From Anaerolineales bacterium (GTDB lineage: Bacteria; Chloroflexota; Anaerolineae; Anaerolineales; UBA11579), in the NCBI GenBank assembly GCA_025808555.1, contig CP075526.1:696712-760711 (forward strand): 64,000 nt of DNA, read 5' to 3'. Made by a program: the position numbers and the translations under genes. Shown in pieces: positions 63,253 to 64,000 of this stretch (position 1 is its first letter; every line of letters begins with the position of its first letter). The notes under the pieces are model-generated. The model saw only the letters and a list, made by a program, of their open reading frames with translations, was not told where the DNA came from and did no database searches.

Positions 63253-64000
63253 CTAAAACAGCGTAGGTGTATTCAACTGCGCTGGCACCGGCAAGCCCAG
63301 GTGCTTGCAGGCCGCCAAGGTGGCATGGCGGCCCTGGGCACGCCGCTCCAGGAAGCCGAGCTGCATCAGATACGGCTCGACCACGTCCATGATCGTGTCG
63401 GGCTCTTCGCTCACCGCGGCTGAGATGGTGTTGAGCCCCACCGGGCCGCCGCTGAACTTCTCAATAATCACGCGCAGCACGCGCCGGTCCAACTCGTCCA
63501 GGCCAAGCTCGTCAACCTCCAGCAGCTGCAGGGCCTGCTGGGCCACGGCGCGGGTCATCTGCCCGCTGGCGCGCACTTCGGCATAGTCACGCACGCGGCG
63601 CAGCAGACGCAGCGCCACGCGCGGCGTGCCGCGGCTGCGTGTGGCGATCTCGCGCATGCCCTCCGGGTCGGGCTGCAGACCCAGCTCGCCGGCCGCCCGC
63701 GCCAGGATGGCCCGGATCGCCTCGGGCTCGTAGTAGTCCAGGCGGAAAGTAGCGCCAAAGCGGGCGCGCAGCGGCGCAGTCAGCAATGCCAGTCGGGTGG
63801 TGGCGCCGATGACGGTGAAGCGCGGCAGCTTGAGCCGGATGGCGCGGGCCGACGGGCCTTTGCCGATGACGATATCGAGCGAATAGTCTTCCATGGCCGG
63901 GTAGAGCACTTCTTCCACGGCTTTGCCCAGGCGGTGGATCTCGTCGACAAACAACACATCGCCTTCGTTGAGGTTGCTCAGGATGGCGGCCAGGTCGCCC
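63253..64000 (-). CDS. ruvB: Holliday junction helicase RuvB (N-terminus outside window)
   Basis: The frame stays open to base 64000 ([24 protein letters not shown]). Other blocks are FTVIGATTR and [11 protein letters not shown]. Confidence 0.93.
   Translation of the reverse strand, partial: GDLAAILSNLNEGDVLFVDEIHRLGKAVEEVLYPAMEDYSLDIVIGKGPSARAIRLKLPRFTVIGATTRLALLTAPLRARFGATFRLDYYEPEAIRAILARAAGELGLQPDPEGMREIATRSRGTPRVALRLLRRVRDYAEVRASGQMTRAVAQQALQLLEVDELGLDELDRRVLRVIIEKFSGGPVGLNTISAAVSEEPDTIMDVVEPYLMQLGFLERRAQGRHATLAACKHLGLPVPAQLNTPTLF

Overview
This is a 64-kb high-GC (by eye) bacterial chromosomal segment with no plasmid or phage hallmarks. I count about 62 protein-coding genes, mostly on the minus strand. 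Most are housekeeping genes. Cell envelope: SEDS-PBP fusion, lgt, lspA, a CDP-alcohol phosphatidyltransferase, GT39, alr. DNA transactions: ftsK, topA, dprA, xseAB, ruvB. Translation: tyrS, gatB, rpmE, rpmA, rplU, rpsP, rimM, rluD, tlyA, cca, queA. Nucleotide salvage: hpt, tdk, two nucleoside phosphorylases, a dGTPase-like protein. There is also a thiolase/hbd pair and an MVK-IPK pair typical of the alternative mevalonate route. Gene content and the intergenic repeat families suggest Chloroflexota, which is inference only. I recognised no rRNA, tRNA, CRISPR array, transposase, integrase or phage gene. Long ORFs antisense to real genes are abundant and are treated as GC-driven shadow ORFs. The ORF track translates GTG/TTG starts as M, so several starts were re-placed from motif position, SD sequences and start/stop coupling. 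The most interesting items are these. (1) At 54.7-62.1 kb, an ATPase-TPR-SARP regulator is followed by a strong-SD 65-aa ORF made of four HPVGGGIGT(A/G)P repeats, a 71-aa NHLP-leader-like helical protein and a PAS-5xGAF-HD-GYP protein, with no maturase in the window. (2) A secreted protein has seven exact 50-aa repeats and ends in a sortase domain preceded by its own LPNTG motif. (3) A SEDS polymerase is fused to a PBP-like domain that has lost SxxK and KTG. (4) A diverged inverted repeat of about 310 bp with a 50/51-identical AT-rich core brackets 9.2 kb of housekeeping genes. (5) Two operators share GCAAG-N6-CTTGC and link an ArsR regulator to a convergent VOC gene. All family assignments come from motif recognition by eye. 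No searches were run.
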